64,000 nucleotides of DNA from a virus. Lineage: Duplodnaviria > Caudoviricetes. Position 1 is the first letter of the stretch; every line of letters begins with the position of its first letter. Made by a program: the position numbers and the translations under genes. The notes under the pieces are model-generated. The model made no database searches and was not told where the DNA came from. It was given only the letters and a program-made list of their open reading frames with translations. Positions 17,809 to 26,140 of the stretch are shown one piece after another. The stretch spans positions 64,001 through 128,000 of IMG/VR virus record IMGVR_UViG_3300043432_000485; one strand, written 5' to 3'.

Positions 17809-19080
17809 CTACCCATGCGCAACCGATTTTCGCATCACGACAGCGGAACCGGGTTTGGCCACAGCTTCCGCGGTGATCCGGATGCTGGCGATGTCCTGGT
17901 CCTCTGGGGCCTCGTAGCTGTAGGGCTTTAGCACCTGTTCTACCACCGTTCGAAGCGCTCGGGCGCCTGTGCTGTATTGCTTGGCCTTGCGAGCGATCGC
18001 CAACAGCGCTTCGGGGTCAAACTGCAGGTCAATGCCGTCCAGGGAGAAGAGGGCTCGGAACTGCTTGCACAGGGAATGGTCAGGCTTGACCAACACGTCG
18101 ATCATCTCGGCCTCGGTCAGCTCAAAGGTGCTGCTCACGATGGGGAGCCGGCCCACGATCTCCGGAATGAGTCCGAACTCTTCTAGGTCCTGTACCGTGA
18201 CTTGGTGGTAGAGATCCGACTTCTCGAATTTCTTGCGGCCTTCCTGCCCAAAACCCATCCCGGAACTCTTGTTGAGCCGCTGCTCGATCAATGGCTCGAT
18301 CCCGGCGAAGCTGCCCGCACAGATGAACAGGATGTTGGTGGTGTCTATGACGTCGATCGTAGACATTCCGGAGACGGCCCTGGATCCTTGACCCCGAGGC
18401 ACCGGTACCTTGGAACCCTCCAGGAGCTTCAATAGGGATTGCTGCACCCCTTCCCCGGTAACGTCCCTGTATCCGGATGCGCTGCGCCCGCTCTTACGCG
18501 CGAGCTTGTCGAACTCGTCCAGGAACACAATGCCCCATTGGGCACGCTCAACATCCTGCTGAGAGTCGGCAAACAGTCCCTGAAGGATGGATTCCACGTC
18601 ATCCCCAACGTATCCAGCTTGCGTGAGGCGGGTAGCGTCGGCGACAAAGAAGGGGACGTCCAGCATGCGGGCGATCGCCCGAGCTAACAAAGTCTTTCCC
18701 GAACCGCTCGGTCCGAGCAACAAGATGTTCGACTTCTCGATCTCCACGGCCTCCCCATCGAGCAGGATGGCCCCGTTTTGCTGGTGCTCAACCTCTCGGC
18801 GGCGGTAGTGCCGATATACCGCGATCGCCAGCTCGCGCTTAGCCTCTGCTTGCCCGATGACCTGACGATCAAGTAGGGCGGTGATCTCCCGGGGCTTCTT
18901 GAGGACCTTCTGCGCCGGTTGCCCAGCCGCGGACTTCAGCTCTTCCTTGCGGAGAGTCTCCGCGGATCTGACGATGCACGTGTTGCAGATGTTGGATCCG
19001 TCCGGGCTCCCGATGAGGTTTTTGACCTCATTACGGGGGCGCCCACAGAAGTTGCACCGCTTGCTTGGATCCTGAGCCAT
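17809..19080 (-). CDS. clpX: ATP-dependent Clp protease ATPase subunit ClpX
   Basis: C4 zinc finger (CNFC..CNTC), GPSGSGKT, GYVG pore-1, LDEFDK, GEGVQQ, FICAGSF, MGF ClpP-docking loop and GARALR. Confidence 0.95.
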   Translation of the reverse strand: MAQDPSKRCNFCGRPRNEVKNLIGSPDGSNICNTCIVRSAETLRKEELKSAAGQPAQKVLKKPREITALLDRQVIGQAEAKRELAIAVYRHYRRREVEHQQNGAILLDGEAVEIEKSNILLLGPSGSGKTLLARAIARMLDVPFFVADATRLTQAGYVGDDVESILQGLFADSQQDVERAQWGIVFLDEFDKLARKSGRSASGYRDVTGEGVQQSLLKLLEGSKVPVPRGQGSRAVSGMSTIDVIDTTNILFICAGSFAGIEPLIEQRLNKSSGMGFGQEGRKKFEKSDLYHQVTVQDLEEFGLIPEIVGRLPIVSSTFELTEAEMIDVLVKPDHSLCKQFRALFSLDGIDLQFDPEALLAIARKAKQYSTGARALRTVVEQVLKPYSYEAPEDQDIASIRITAEAVAKPGSAVVMRKSVAHG

Positions 19081-19089
19081 TCCCCATAT

Positions 19090-19095
19090 TACACC
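19090..19095 (-). promoter_or_regulatory. GGTGTA element upstream of clpX
   Basis: 9 nt before the ATG at 19080. Confidence 0.55.
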
Positions 19096-19097
19096 GA

Positions 19098-20333
19098 TCA
19101 GGAGAGGATCGGGTCAAGCATCGCCTTCAAAGGGGCAGAAAGCTTCCCGATGGCCAAGAAGGATACCATCTCTGCAAAGTTCTCGTCTGGGTGCGTGCCA
19201 GCGTAGCCGGTCACGAAGCTCATGTCTGGGTCAGCCTTGGGTACTGGCAGCTTCATCATCCGCAGCCAGTTGTCCAGAGGCGTGGAGAAACGGTGGGTCG
19301 TGTTGCCCTCTTCCATCCAATTCACAACGACTTTGCGCCGACTGATCTCCACCTTGGAGACGGTCAGCGTCTTGCCCTTGTAGTCGACCTTGTCCCCGGC
19401 CTTCGGGTATAGCTCGGAAGGAATCGGAGGCGGCTCGCTGGAATGGCGAAGCTTCCGGTACATGTCGTTGATCATCGAGCCGCGGCCCGAGAGGAACTTG
19501 TGCTGCAGTCGATGTGCAAGCTCATGGCAAACGATGCGCACGGTATCCCAGTTGTCCGGGGTGTTGGAGCGCACGAACATCTCATCAGCCGATGGCAGAT
19601 AGAATGCAGCCACGTTCTTCTTGTTGTTCACCGTCTGGCTGATGTGGATGTCCCCGTAACACACCTTGCCCAGCCCGATGGAACGCATGGCAGCCTCGGC
19701 CTTGGTGACGAGGTCAACGGCCTTCGCCATCACACTCTTGTCGAACCCGCCGGTGTTGATCAACGTGAACGAACCCGCGGGATATTTGACCTGCTCGGCT
19801 AGCTCTGGGTCCGAGTTGAGCTTCCCCTTGGCGATCGCGGCCTCAGCGGCACCTACTTGCTTGCGGAACTCCAAGCACACCTGCAGATACTTCTGCAGAT
19901 ATTCGAGATCAGCATCGTAAGTCCCGCTGTTGCTCTTGATCCGGATGCTCAGCTTCTTCTTCGTCCAGAAACGAGCCGCGCCCTCGATGGTCTTGCGCAG
20001 CTGAGCGGGCAGAACGTAGGATTGCAAGATGGCCAGGAACAGAAGCATCCCAGTGGTCTGAATTCTCCGGTACTGATACCCGGCTTGAAACTCACCCTTG
20101 ATCTCGTAGCGCATCCGGGAGGTTTGGGTAAGCTCCGCTGATAGCGCTTTGGATGTGTCGAAGTCCTGACGCTTCATCGCGTCAATGAATCCGGTGAGCT
20201 TCTCGATGTCCTTCTTGGCGGGCTCCTCGTTTTGCGTATAGCGCTCTACGTCGAACTTGAACTTCACCAGATCCGATGTGACGTCGGCGATGGCTTTGGC
20301 GGACAGGAAGCGAGCTACGATTCTGTCGTTCAT
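19098..20333 (-). CDS. putative zincin metallopeptidase with N-terminal tag
   Basis: MNDRIVARFLSAKA; HELAH; VTGYAGTHPDENFAE, matching the peptidase half of 4190-6391. Confidence 0.65.
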   Translation of the reverse strand: MNDRIVARFLSAKAIADVTSDLVKFKFDVERYTQNEEPAKKDIEKLTGFIDAMKRQDFDTSKALSAELTQTSRMRYEIKGEFQAGYQYRRIQTTGMLLFLAILQSYVLPAQLRKTIEGAARFWTKKKLSIRIKSNSGTYDADLEYLQKYLQVCLEFRKQVGAAEAAIAKGKLNSDPELAEQVKYPAGSFTLINTGGFDKSVMAKAVDLVTKAEAAMRSIGLGKVCYGDIHISQTVNNKKNVAAFYLPSADEMFVRSNTPDNWDTVRIVCHELAHRLQHKFLSGRGSMINDMYRKLRHSSEPPPIPSELYPKAGDKVDYKGKTLTVSKVEISRRKVVVNWMEEGNTTHRFSTPLDNWLRMMKLPVPKADPDMSFVTGYAGTHPDENFAEMVSFLAIGKLSAPLKAMLDPILS

Positions 20334-20336
20334 CGC

Positions 20337-21092
20337 TCAAACCTCCCCGTACACTATGCAATCTTTTTCCCACAAGAGTCCGTCACAATTGACAGTCCCA
20401 TCCTTGTAGATGATACAGATCCCGCCCTCGCCGAAGTTGTTGGGAACCTCCCGGCCATATCGATTCGATACGATCAGGGTGGTCTTGTTATTGCGCACGA
20501 AATCCATCCAGGCGGTGGCCGGGAACCCGCCATCACCCCAGTTGGCTGAGAGGCAAACAATGTCCGCGTCCCCCGGCTCATAGAAGGAGTTCCAGTTCGA
20601 GTCCTTCTTGTCCCTGACGTCACGGCAGATGAGCAAGCCTACCTTGTAGACTTTCCCGTCAACCACTATGCGCCGGATCGGGGGGTTGGCGCGGCCCTCG
20701 GTGGCCCAGAGCCAATCCGCCGAAAAGAAGTTCACCTTCGAGTAGGCCTCAAATGTGCCATCTGGACACATCATGACTTGAGAATTAAACAGGTTTCCAG
20801 TGGCCAGAGAACGTTCAAGCACTCCCCACACAATGTGAACTCCATGCTTAGCCGCTAATGCTCGGAACACCGTCAAGCTGTGAAGCCCGTCATCTGAAGG
20901 GTACTGCAGAACTTCTGCGTACGGCTCTGCGTCAGTGCGCCCCATGAAACTATATCCGGTGGTGCACAACTCAGGTAGGACAATCAACTTGGCTCCCGCC
21001 CTAGCAGCGGAGCTGACCATGGAGGCTAGTTTGCGCAAGTTGGAGAGGCGGTCTTTGAATACCGGACTCATCTGGATCGTAGCAACCTTCAC
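20337..21092 (-). CDS. carbon-nitrogen hydrolase (nitrilase superfamily)
   Basis: MKVATIQM, LPELCTTGY (E), YSK (K), LICRD (C) and VSNRYG. Confidence 0.88.
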   Translation of the reverse strand: MKVATIQMSPVFKDRLSNLRKLASMVSSAARAGAKLIVLPELCTTGYSFMGRTDAEPYAEVLQYPSDDGLHSLTVFRALAAKHGVHIVWGVLERSLATGNLFNSQVMMCPDGTFEAYSKVNFFSADWLWATEGRANPPIRRIVVDGKVYKVGLLICRDVRDKKDSNWNSFYEPGDADIVCLSANWGDGGFPATAWMDFVRNNKTTLIVSNRYGREVPNNFGEGGICIIYKDGTVNCDGLLWEKDCIVYGEV

Positions 21093-21970
21093 TCGACACC
21101 TCCCTTATGGGTGGGCAAAGGACGATTAGTGGCAACCCTATGACACCACTGAATGAACACATCCAGGGGCAAGTCCATCCTCATCAGGTTCAAATCACGA
21201 TGTACCCATTGAACATTGTCGATAGAGTACCCTAGACTTGAGTCTATCCTGTCCAGAGAGGCGGTTCTGCTGTGCTCCTTCCGGGAAGTTTGGTTTGGCC
21301 CAAACTTCAGCTCAACCCCAGTCAGGGCGCACCGCCGTTTCTGAGTCAAGAACAGCCTCCAAGCATCTTCTACGCTCAAGTTGAAGCTTAGCTTACGGGT
21401 TCTCGCGCCCTCCTGAACCTTCTTCCAATACCCGCTACGGATCTCACCGTGGCCCATGAACTGGTAATTCTTGTTCCCAGTGACCTCCGAATAGTCGCGT
21501 GAGCAGCCACAAGAGGTGGTCTTACCCAGGGCACTCTGAAAAATCTCGAACTCGGTCCCACATTGGCATCGCACCAAGGCCTTGTGGAAGCGCTTCCCAT
21601 CGGCTCTCTGGTATGGGGTTAGGCCCAGCACCTCCAAACAATGAAATGACCTCCCAATGAGCTGCAGGGCCTTCCGAGAAGGGGCCTTTGATGGCGTGGT
21701 CAAGAAATGACCAGAGCCCTTCCATTGGATGTTTCCGGGTTCAAAGTTACCCTTCTTATCCAGGCGTTCCAACCGAGAGTCGGGAGTCGGGCGCGGGCCT
21801 ACATCTTGAAAGAAGGCCTCGAACTCATGCCATGGTTCATACAGAGTTATGCCCCTGCCGCCAAAGCGCGGATAAGCCCGGTTCTTGGAGTTCAGGCACT
21901 TGTTCTTGATAGCCGCCCAGATGGGGTATTCTGGGGTATCACTCAACCCGTGCAAACGATGGTTAGCCAT
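21089..21970 (-). CDS. homing endonuclease, HNH-like
   Basis: HGLSDTPEY..W..IK..C...YP.FGGRGI; C.CG..TTSCGC; SLDRIDSSLGYSIDNVQW. Confidence 0.8.
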   Translation of the reverse strand: MANHRLHGLSDTPEYPIWAAIKNKCLNSKNRAYPRFGGRGITLYEPWHEFEAFFQDVGPRPTPDSRLERLDKKGNFEPGNIQWKGSGHFLTTPSKAPSRKALQLIGRSFHCLEVLGLTPYQRADGKRFHKALVRCQCGTEFEIFQSALGKTTSCGCSRDYSEVTGNKNYQFMGHGEIRSGYWKKVQEGARTRKLSFNLSVEDAWRLFLTQKRRCALTGVELKFGPNQTSRKEHSRTASLDRIDSSLGYSIDNVQWVHRDLNLMRMDLPLDVFIQWCHRVATNRPLPTHKGGVE

Positions 21971-22002
21971 ACCCTAGACGAAAGATAAGTGGAACCCATC
22001 TT

Positions 22003-22641
22003 TTACCTATGGCCCCTGTGGTGAGTATCTGCAATCCTTTTGGCCACATAGAGAGTGTCAAATAGATACCCTACCAGATCAGTAATCTCCTGCGCAGTTT
22101 CCAGGGACACTCCTCTGATATTAGGGTGCGCTCCATCATTCCCTATCCATCTGGCGGCGTCACACCATCGTCTTTGGTCTTCAGTGATCTTACGATTTTG
22201 ATCCAACCAAGCAATTTGTTGGGCTAGAGTGTGGCCGTGGGGGGCGCCTTGTTCAATACAAGCTGATTGCAGCGCTCTGCGGGCCATCACCACAGCTGAG
22301 TTATAGGATCCAGAGGCCAAGTTCTTTCTGGCCTCCTCCAGATCTTGCCGTGCCTCTAGAGGCACTTCTTCCGGAACGGGCTTTGGTGAGGGAGCGGGGT
22401 ACACTACCACTCCATCCTCAGCAATGAGCATGGGCATAGTGCATGCATGGCATTTTCCTATCCACCATCTCATACCAGTGTTTTGCCGATAGAAGTTAGT
22501 CGTGACCTTGTCAATGTGTGTACCCCTACCCCCATATCCTGAGGTCGTAGTTTCCCCATGGGTTAGTGCGTTTGTCACTTCTGTGTGACGCCGGCAATGA
22601 GGGCAGTAGAGGGAGATCGATAGAGAGAATGCAGAAATCAT
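22003..22641 (-). CDS. DUF4145 (HEPN-like) domain protein with N-terminal zinc ribbon
   Basis: CPHC..CHAC; DLEEA...SYNSAVVMARRALQ; RWIGNDGAH. Confidence 0.8.
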   Translation of the reverse strand: MISAFSLSISLYCPHCRRHTEVTNALTHGETTTSGYGGRGTHIDKVTTNFYRQNTGMRWWIGKCHACTMPMLIAEDGVVVYPAPSPKPVPEEVPLEARQDLEEARKNLASGSYNSAVVMARRALQSACIEQGAPHGHTLAQQIAWLDQNRKITEDQRRWCDAARWIGNDGAHPNIRGVSLETAQEITDLVGYLFDTLYVAKRIADTHHRGHR

Positions 22642-22650
22642 CTGCTTTCA

Positions 22651-22656
22651 TACACC
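22651..22656 (-). promoter_or_regulatory. GGTGTA element
   Basis: 9 nt before the ATG at 22641. Confidence 0.55.
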
Positions 22657-22663
22657 AAAAACC

Positions 22664-23491
22664 TCACACGACAGCGAACTGTTGCTTCCAGCGCTGAATC
22701 CGGGTCCCCACAAAGGTCTGACCGAACCCCAGCTTGTGACTAGAGTTCATGGTGGTCGTGGGGTACTTCCCGCTTCTACCGTCCTGGAAATTTACCACAT
22801 AGCTCCCTGTGGAGTCGGCGGAGACTCGGCTACGGTTGGTCATCTTCTCCAGCACCTTGCTCAGGTCAGCCACGTCCGAACGGATACGAACGAAGGCAGT
22901 GGTACCGATCGCCATGATGTCCATCACCTGGAGCTTGCGGAAGAGCACACCCGATTCCTCAGCGGCGAACAGGAATGCCTTGACCACGTCCCTGTAGGAC
23001 TCCCCGCGCAGGATCTGGATCGCGAAGTATGACCCCAAGACAACGGGCTCCACGTCGACCTTTGGTGCCACCGCTTGTTTCGGAGTCACCGGCTCGGGCG
23101 GCGCTGGTGGGGGCGGCGGAAGAGTCTCAACCTTGGGTTGTGCTTTCTGAGGGATTGGCATGGGGGTGATCATCTTGGGCTTGGGAGAGGGTGTCTTGAC
23201 CGGGGGTTTGGGAGCCACCTTGGCTGGAGTGCTTGGTGCGGGCTTGGCCGTTTTGACCACCGGTTTTTGCTTTGGGGCTGGCTTTGCGGGTGGATTTTTG
23301 CTCGGCTTTGGCAGCACCACCGGTTTGTTGCTGGAAACCTTGACCACAGGCTTCTTTGGAGGGGGTGGGGCCTCTTGACGCAACCTCCAAACCGTTTTGC
23401 GACTCGTGCCAAACTGATTGGCGATCGCGGTGTCCGACGTCTCATGCGGAAGCTTGGCAAGTATCTTTTGGCGTAATTTGTCAGTTAGCAC
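22664..23491 (-). CDS. HTH protein with long Pro/Lys-rich linker
   Basis: SDTAIANQFGTSRKTVWRLR helix-turn-helix, then about 100 aa of PK-rich sequence. Confidence 0.65.
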   Translation of the reverse strand: MLTDKLRQKILAKLPHETSDTAIANQFGTSRKTVWRLRQEAPPPPKKPVVKVSSNKPVVLPKPSKNPPAKPAPKQKPVVKTAKPAPSTPAKVAPKPPVKTPSPKPKMITPMPIPQKAQPKVETLPPPPPAPPEPVTPKQAVAPKVDVEPVVLGSYFAIQILRGESYRDVVKAFLFAAEESGVLFRKLQVMDIMAIGTTAFVRIRSDVADLSKVLEKMTNRSRVSADSTGSYVVNFQDGRSGKYPTTTMNSSHKLGFGQTFVGTRIQRWKQQFAVV

Positions 23492-23527
23492 AGCAGTATC
23501 CTAGGTAGAAGGTTCTAACCCCCGCAC

Positions 23528-24097
23528 TCACAAAGCTTTAACCCGAATCAGCACCTCGGGCCATGTCCTAACACGGAAATGATCACATTGCCGCATATTT
23601 TCTGTGTTCGGGGTGGCCCAAAGCAGTCCTGCACCTTGGGGGTGCTCTTCCTTCCAGGCCAACACGTTTTCCGGATTGTCATCTAGCAGAGCGTCCCCGC
23701 GTATCATGTGCTTAGCAGCCGTGTTGATGATGGTGTGCTCGGTGAATCCGAAGTGATCAATCAGCCAATGCATCCGCTCGTAAACCCACGTGGGGCTGAT
23801 AAACGGGCGGGTCGCTACCACCACATCAACCACTTGGCGAAGCTCTTCAATCGCATCCTGGGCGCCTTCATTGGGGAGTAATCCGGCGCAGTACCCAGGA
23901 CGGGAGATCTCCCGAAACAGAATGATCCGCTGCTCTTCGGTCAGCAGCGCGAATACATCCCAGTGATGCAACTCCTCCAAGACCACCTCGATCCCAAACA
24001 GCTCCTGAATGAGAGCTATGACGGGTGTCTTGAAGTCACAGAGTACATCATCGACATCTACTAGAAACCGTTTCTTACGTGGCTTGTTAGGGAGCAC
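23528..24097 (-). CDS. 5'(3')-deoxyribonucleotidase (HAD, NT5C-like)
   Basis: LVDVDDVL, VVVAT, K.MI.GD.LLDD.PEN. Confidence 0.85.
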   Translation of the reverse strand: MLPNKPRKKRFLVDVDDVLCDFKTPVIALIQELFGIEVVLEELHHWDVFALLTEEQRIILFREISRPGYCAGLLPNEGAQDAIEELRQVVDVVVATRPFISPTWVYERMHWLIDHFGFTEHTIINTAAKHMIRGDALLDDNPENVLAWKEEHPQGAGLLWATPNTENMRQCDHFRVRTWPEVLIRVKAL

Positions 24098-24108
24098 GTT
24101 TCCCTAGG

Positions 24109-24114
24109 TACACC
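24109..24114 (-). promoter_or_regulatory. GGTGTA element
   Basis: 11 nt before the GTG at 24097. Confidence 0.55.
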
Positions 24115-24116
24115 AG

Positions 24117-24446
24117 CTAGAGCGCTCCGTACGAACGATCTTCTGGAGGCAGGATCTCAAGCCCAGCCGGCGTGACGAAATACCCATGCTTGAACCCAGA
24201 CTGCTTCAGCTCGTCCTTGGTCGCGGGTCTCAAAACCCCCTCAAGCACCAAATGCTCTAGCAACTCCTCCACGCGGTCCAGGTCTAGACCACCACGGAGC
24301 CAAAGGGAGATAGGGCCGGCTCTCAGCATCTTGTCGGGTTCCCGACGAATGTGCTGCAGAAGAGAATCGCGCGCCAGTTTAGCCGAAGCCTCATCGCGAA
24401 GATGTGCCAATCTCACCTCACCCTTGATTAAATACAAGGATTTCAT
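24117..24446 (-). CDS. hypothetical protein, possibly winged helix
   Basis: 109 aa; 4-bp overlap with the upstream gene. Confidence 0.55.
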   Translation of the reverse strand: MKSLYLIKGEVRLAHLRDEASAKLARDSLLQHIRREPDKMLRAGPISLWLRGGLDLDRVEELLEHLVLEGVLRPATKDELKQSGFKHGYFVTPAGLEILPPEDRSYGAL

Positions 24447-25585
24447 GACACTACCTCCACCGTTAGACCCGAAACCGGCACGTCTCTAAAACGAAATGCC
24501 TTGGACACCCCCAAATCTAGATAGAGGGTAAGATCGAAACCGGCCGCCACCTCCCAGCGCCCCCGGCGCTCCAGGGACTCACAGACATAGGACTCCTGAT
24601 GGATTCTCAGGTATGGGCCGTCGAACAACATCACAGCCGGGGATTCCTCCACCGGGAGAGTGAGCAGATGGGGGAGGGCCATCGATGTGTCTGGGTCACA
24701 GATCAGCAGAGCATCTGGAAACTCGTCCTCTAGGGTGACTTCTTGGACCGATTGCTGACAGTACGAGAAGCTGGCAACCTGCCGTGCGATGTTCCGGACC
24801 CACTGCGCCCTTACACGTTCCTTCAGTGCCGTGTAAGGATCGTGCTGAAGGTTCAAGGACAACTGATCCGTGATCGGCACAGAGGCGTGAGCAATAATTC
24901 TCAGTTCGTGCCCTGGAGTATCCTGCACAGCTGGGCAACCGGACCCATCGGTATCGATTTGACAGAGCTTCAGGAACTCACCTAGGCGCCCTGGAATCTG
25001 TTCGAGCAACAGCTGAGGCAGCTCGGAGCGCAGCCGATCTGCCAACTGCTTGCGTCCCTTGTAGGTTGCCACCAAGGTTCTGGGGTCTCCCTCTTGCTTC
25101 ATCAGCTCGGTGACAGGGCCGCGTTCCTGTAGCGCCTTAGTGACGCTGGATTCATGTCCTCGATTGAAGTTGGCTTGGACGATCGCGGACTCTATCTCTG
25201 GGCGCAGCCTAGGCGCCGGGGTGACCAGCTGATCGGTCCCCTCTCTCGCTACCGGAGGCGGCTGGTAAAAGGCGTCTTGCGGAACCTCCGCCACCGCGAA
25301 ACCTGTCTCCGCGGACACGATCATGGTCTTGGTCTTGTCCCGTTGAGAGAACTCCTCAGCTAGGAATCTGGCCACCGTAGGCAGGCCTTCTTGTTCCAGC
25401 AAGAACTCAGGGAGGGTCTCCAGCAGCTGCTGGGAAAGCATATCGGTGCTCCACTGTTCAGTGGTGGCACGGTCAAAAACGGATTGGAGTTCTGGGCTAC
25501 AGCTGATAGCGATTCGAGCGGCACGCAAGGACGCCGTGGGCGGGACGGCGAGAGCGGAGGATTGGAGTTCAACTAGGTCGGTCAT
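24443..25585 (-). CDS. hypothetical protein, possible diverged capsid-protein paralogue
   Basis: Start MTDLVEL at 25585; contains LVATYKGRKQLADRL and a beta-rich C-terminus. Confidence 0.55.
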   Translation of the reverse strand: MTDLVELQSSALAVPPTASLRAARIAISCSPELQSVFDRATTEQWSTDMLSQQLLETLPEFLLEQEGLPTVARFLAEEFSQRDKTKTMIVSAETGFAVAEVPQDAFYQPPPVAREGTDQLVTPAPRLRPEIESAIVQANFNRGHESSVTKALQERGPVTELMKQEGDPRTLVATYKGRKQLADRLRSELPQLLLEQIPGRLGEFLKLCQIDTDGSGCPAVQDTPGHELRIIAHASVPITDQLSLNLQHDPYTALKERVRAQWVRNIARQVASFSYCQQSVQEVTLEDEFPDALLICDPDTSMALPHLLTLPVEESPAVMLFDGPYLRIHQESYVCESLERRGRWEVAAGFDLTLYLDLGVSKAFRFRDVPVSGLTVEVVS

Positions 25586-26132
25586 GCGCGGTTCGACTCC
25601 GTGTGAAGTTGTAGTGAGGGATGAAATCGTGCACCCCAGGCCACCAAAAGCCCCAGGGCTCTTTGACACGAGAACCGGTGAAGAACAAGGTCCACGCACC
25701 CCGAGTTGGGTCGAGCAGCTCCACACGATGGAAGTCGTCGGCCATGATGCGGTTGATCGAACCCGGGCGAAGCGTCCGCGTGATGACAGTTTTCGTCTTC
25801 GAGTCCCAGCGCTCCTCACGGTACCCATTGGTCAAGATCAAGCTGTAGCTCCGACGCCACGGATGGTTATGCAGGGAGGCGTCCTCATCCCCTCGATGGA
25901 AATAGTGGAGGTACACGCTTAGATACTTGTTGAGCTTCTTTTCTCTGAACCCGGCAACCCCCTCCTCATCGAAGTCATCATCCGAGCGCCCTTTGCGGAT
26001 GAGGTAGAAGCGGCTCAGGTAAGGCGCCCCCTCGTTCTCGATCGTGAACTTTGGCAGCCTGTTGCCGAGGGCTTTGCAGCCCCGGATGAGCAGGCTCTCA
26101 CTCTTCTCGAACAGCCAATTGATCGCCGACAC
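25569..26132 (-). CDS. cupin-like protein
   Basis: YLHYFH..D...LHNHPW...GY.E...FHRV..WTLF pattern. Confidence 0.6.
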   Translation of the reverse strand: MSAINWLFEKSESLLIRGCKALGNRLPKFTIENEGAPYLSRFYLIRKGRSDDDFDEEGVAGFREKKLNKYLSVYLHYFHRGDEDASLHNHPWRRSYSLILTNGYREERWDSKTKTVITRTLRPGSINRIMADDFHRVELLDPTRGAWTLFFTGSRVKEPWGFWWPGVHDFIPHYNFTRSRTAHDRPS

Positions 26133-26140
26133 CTAGCACC

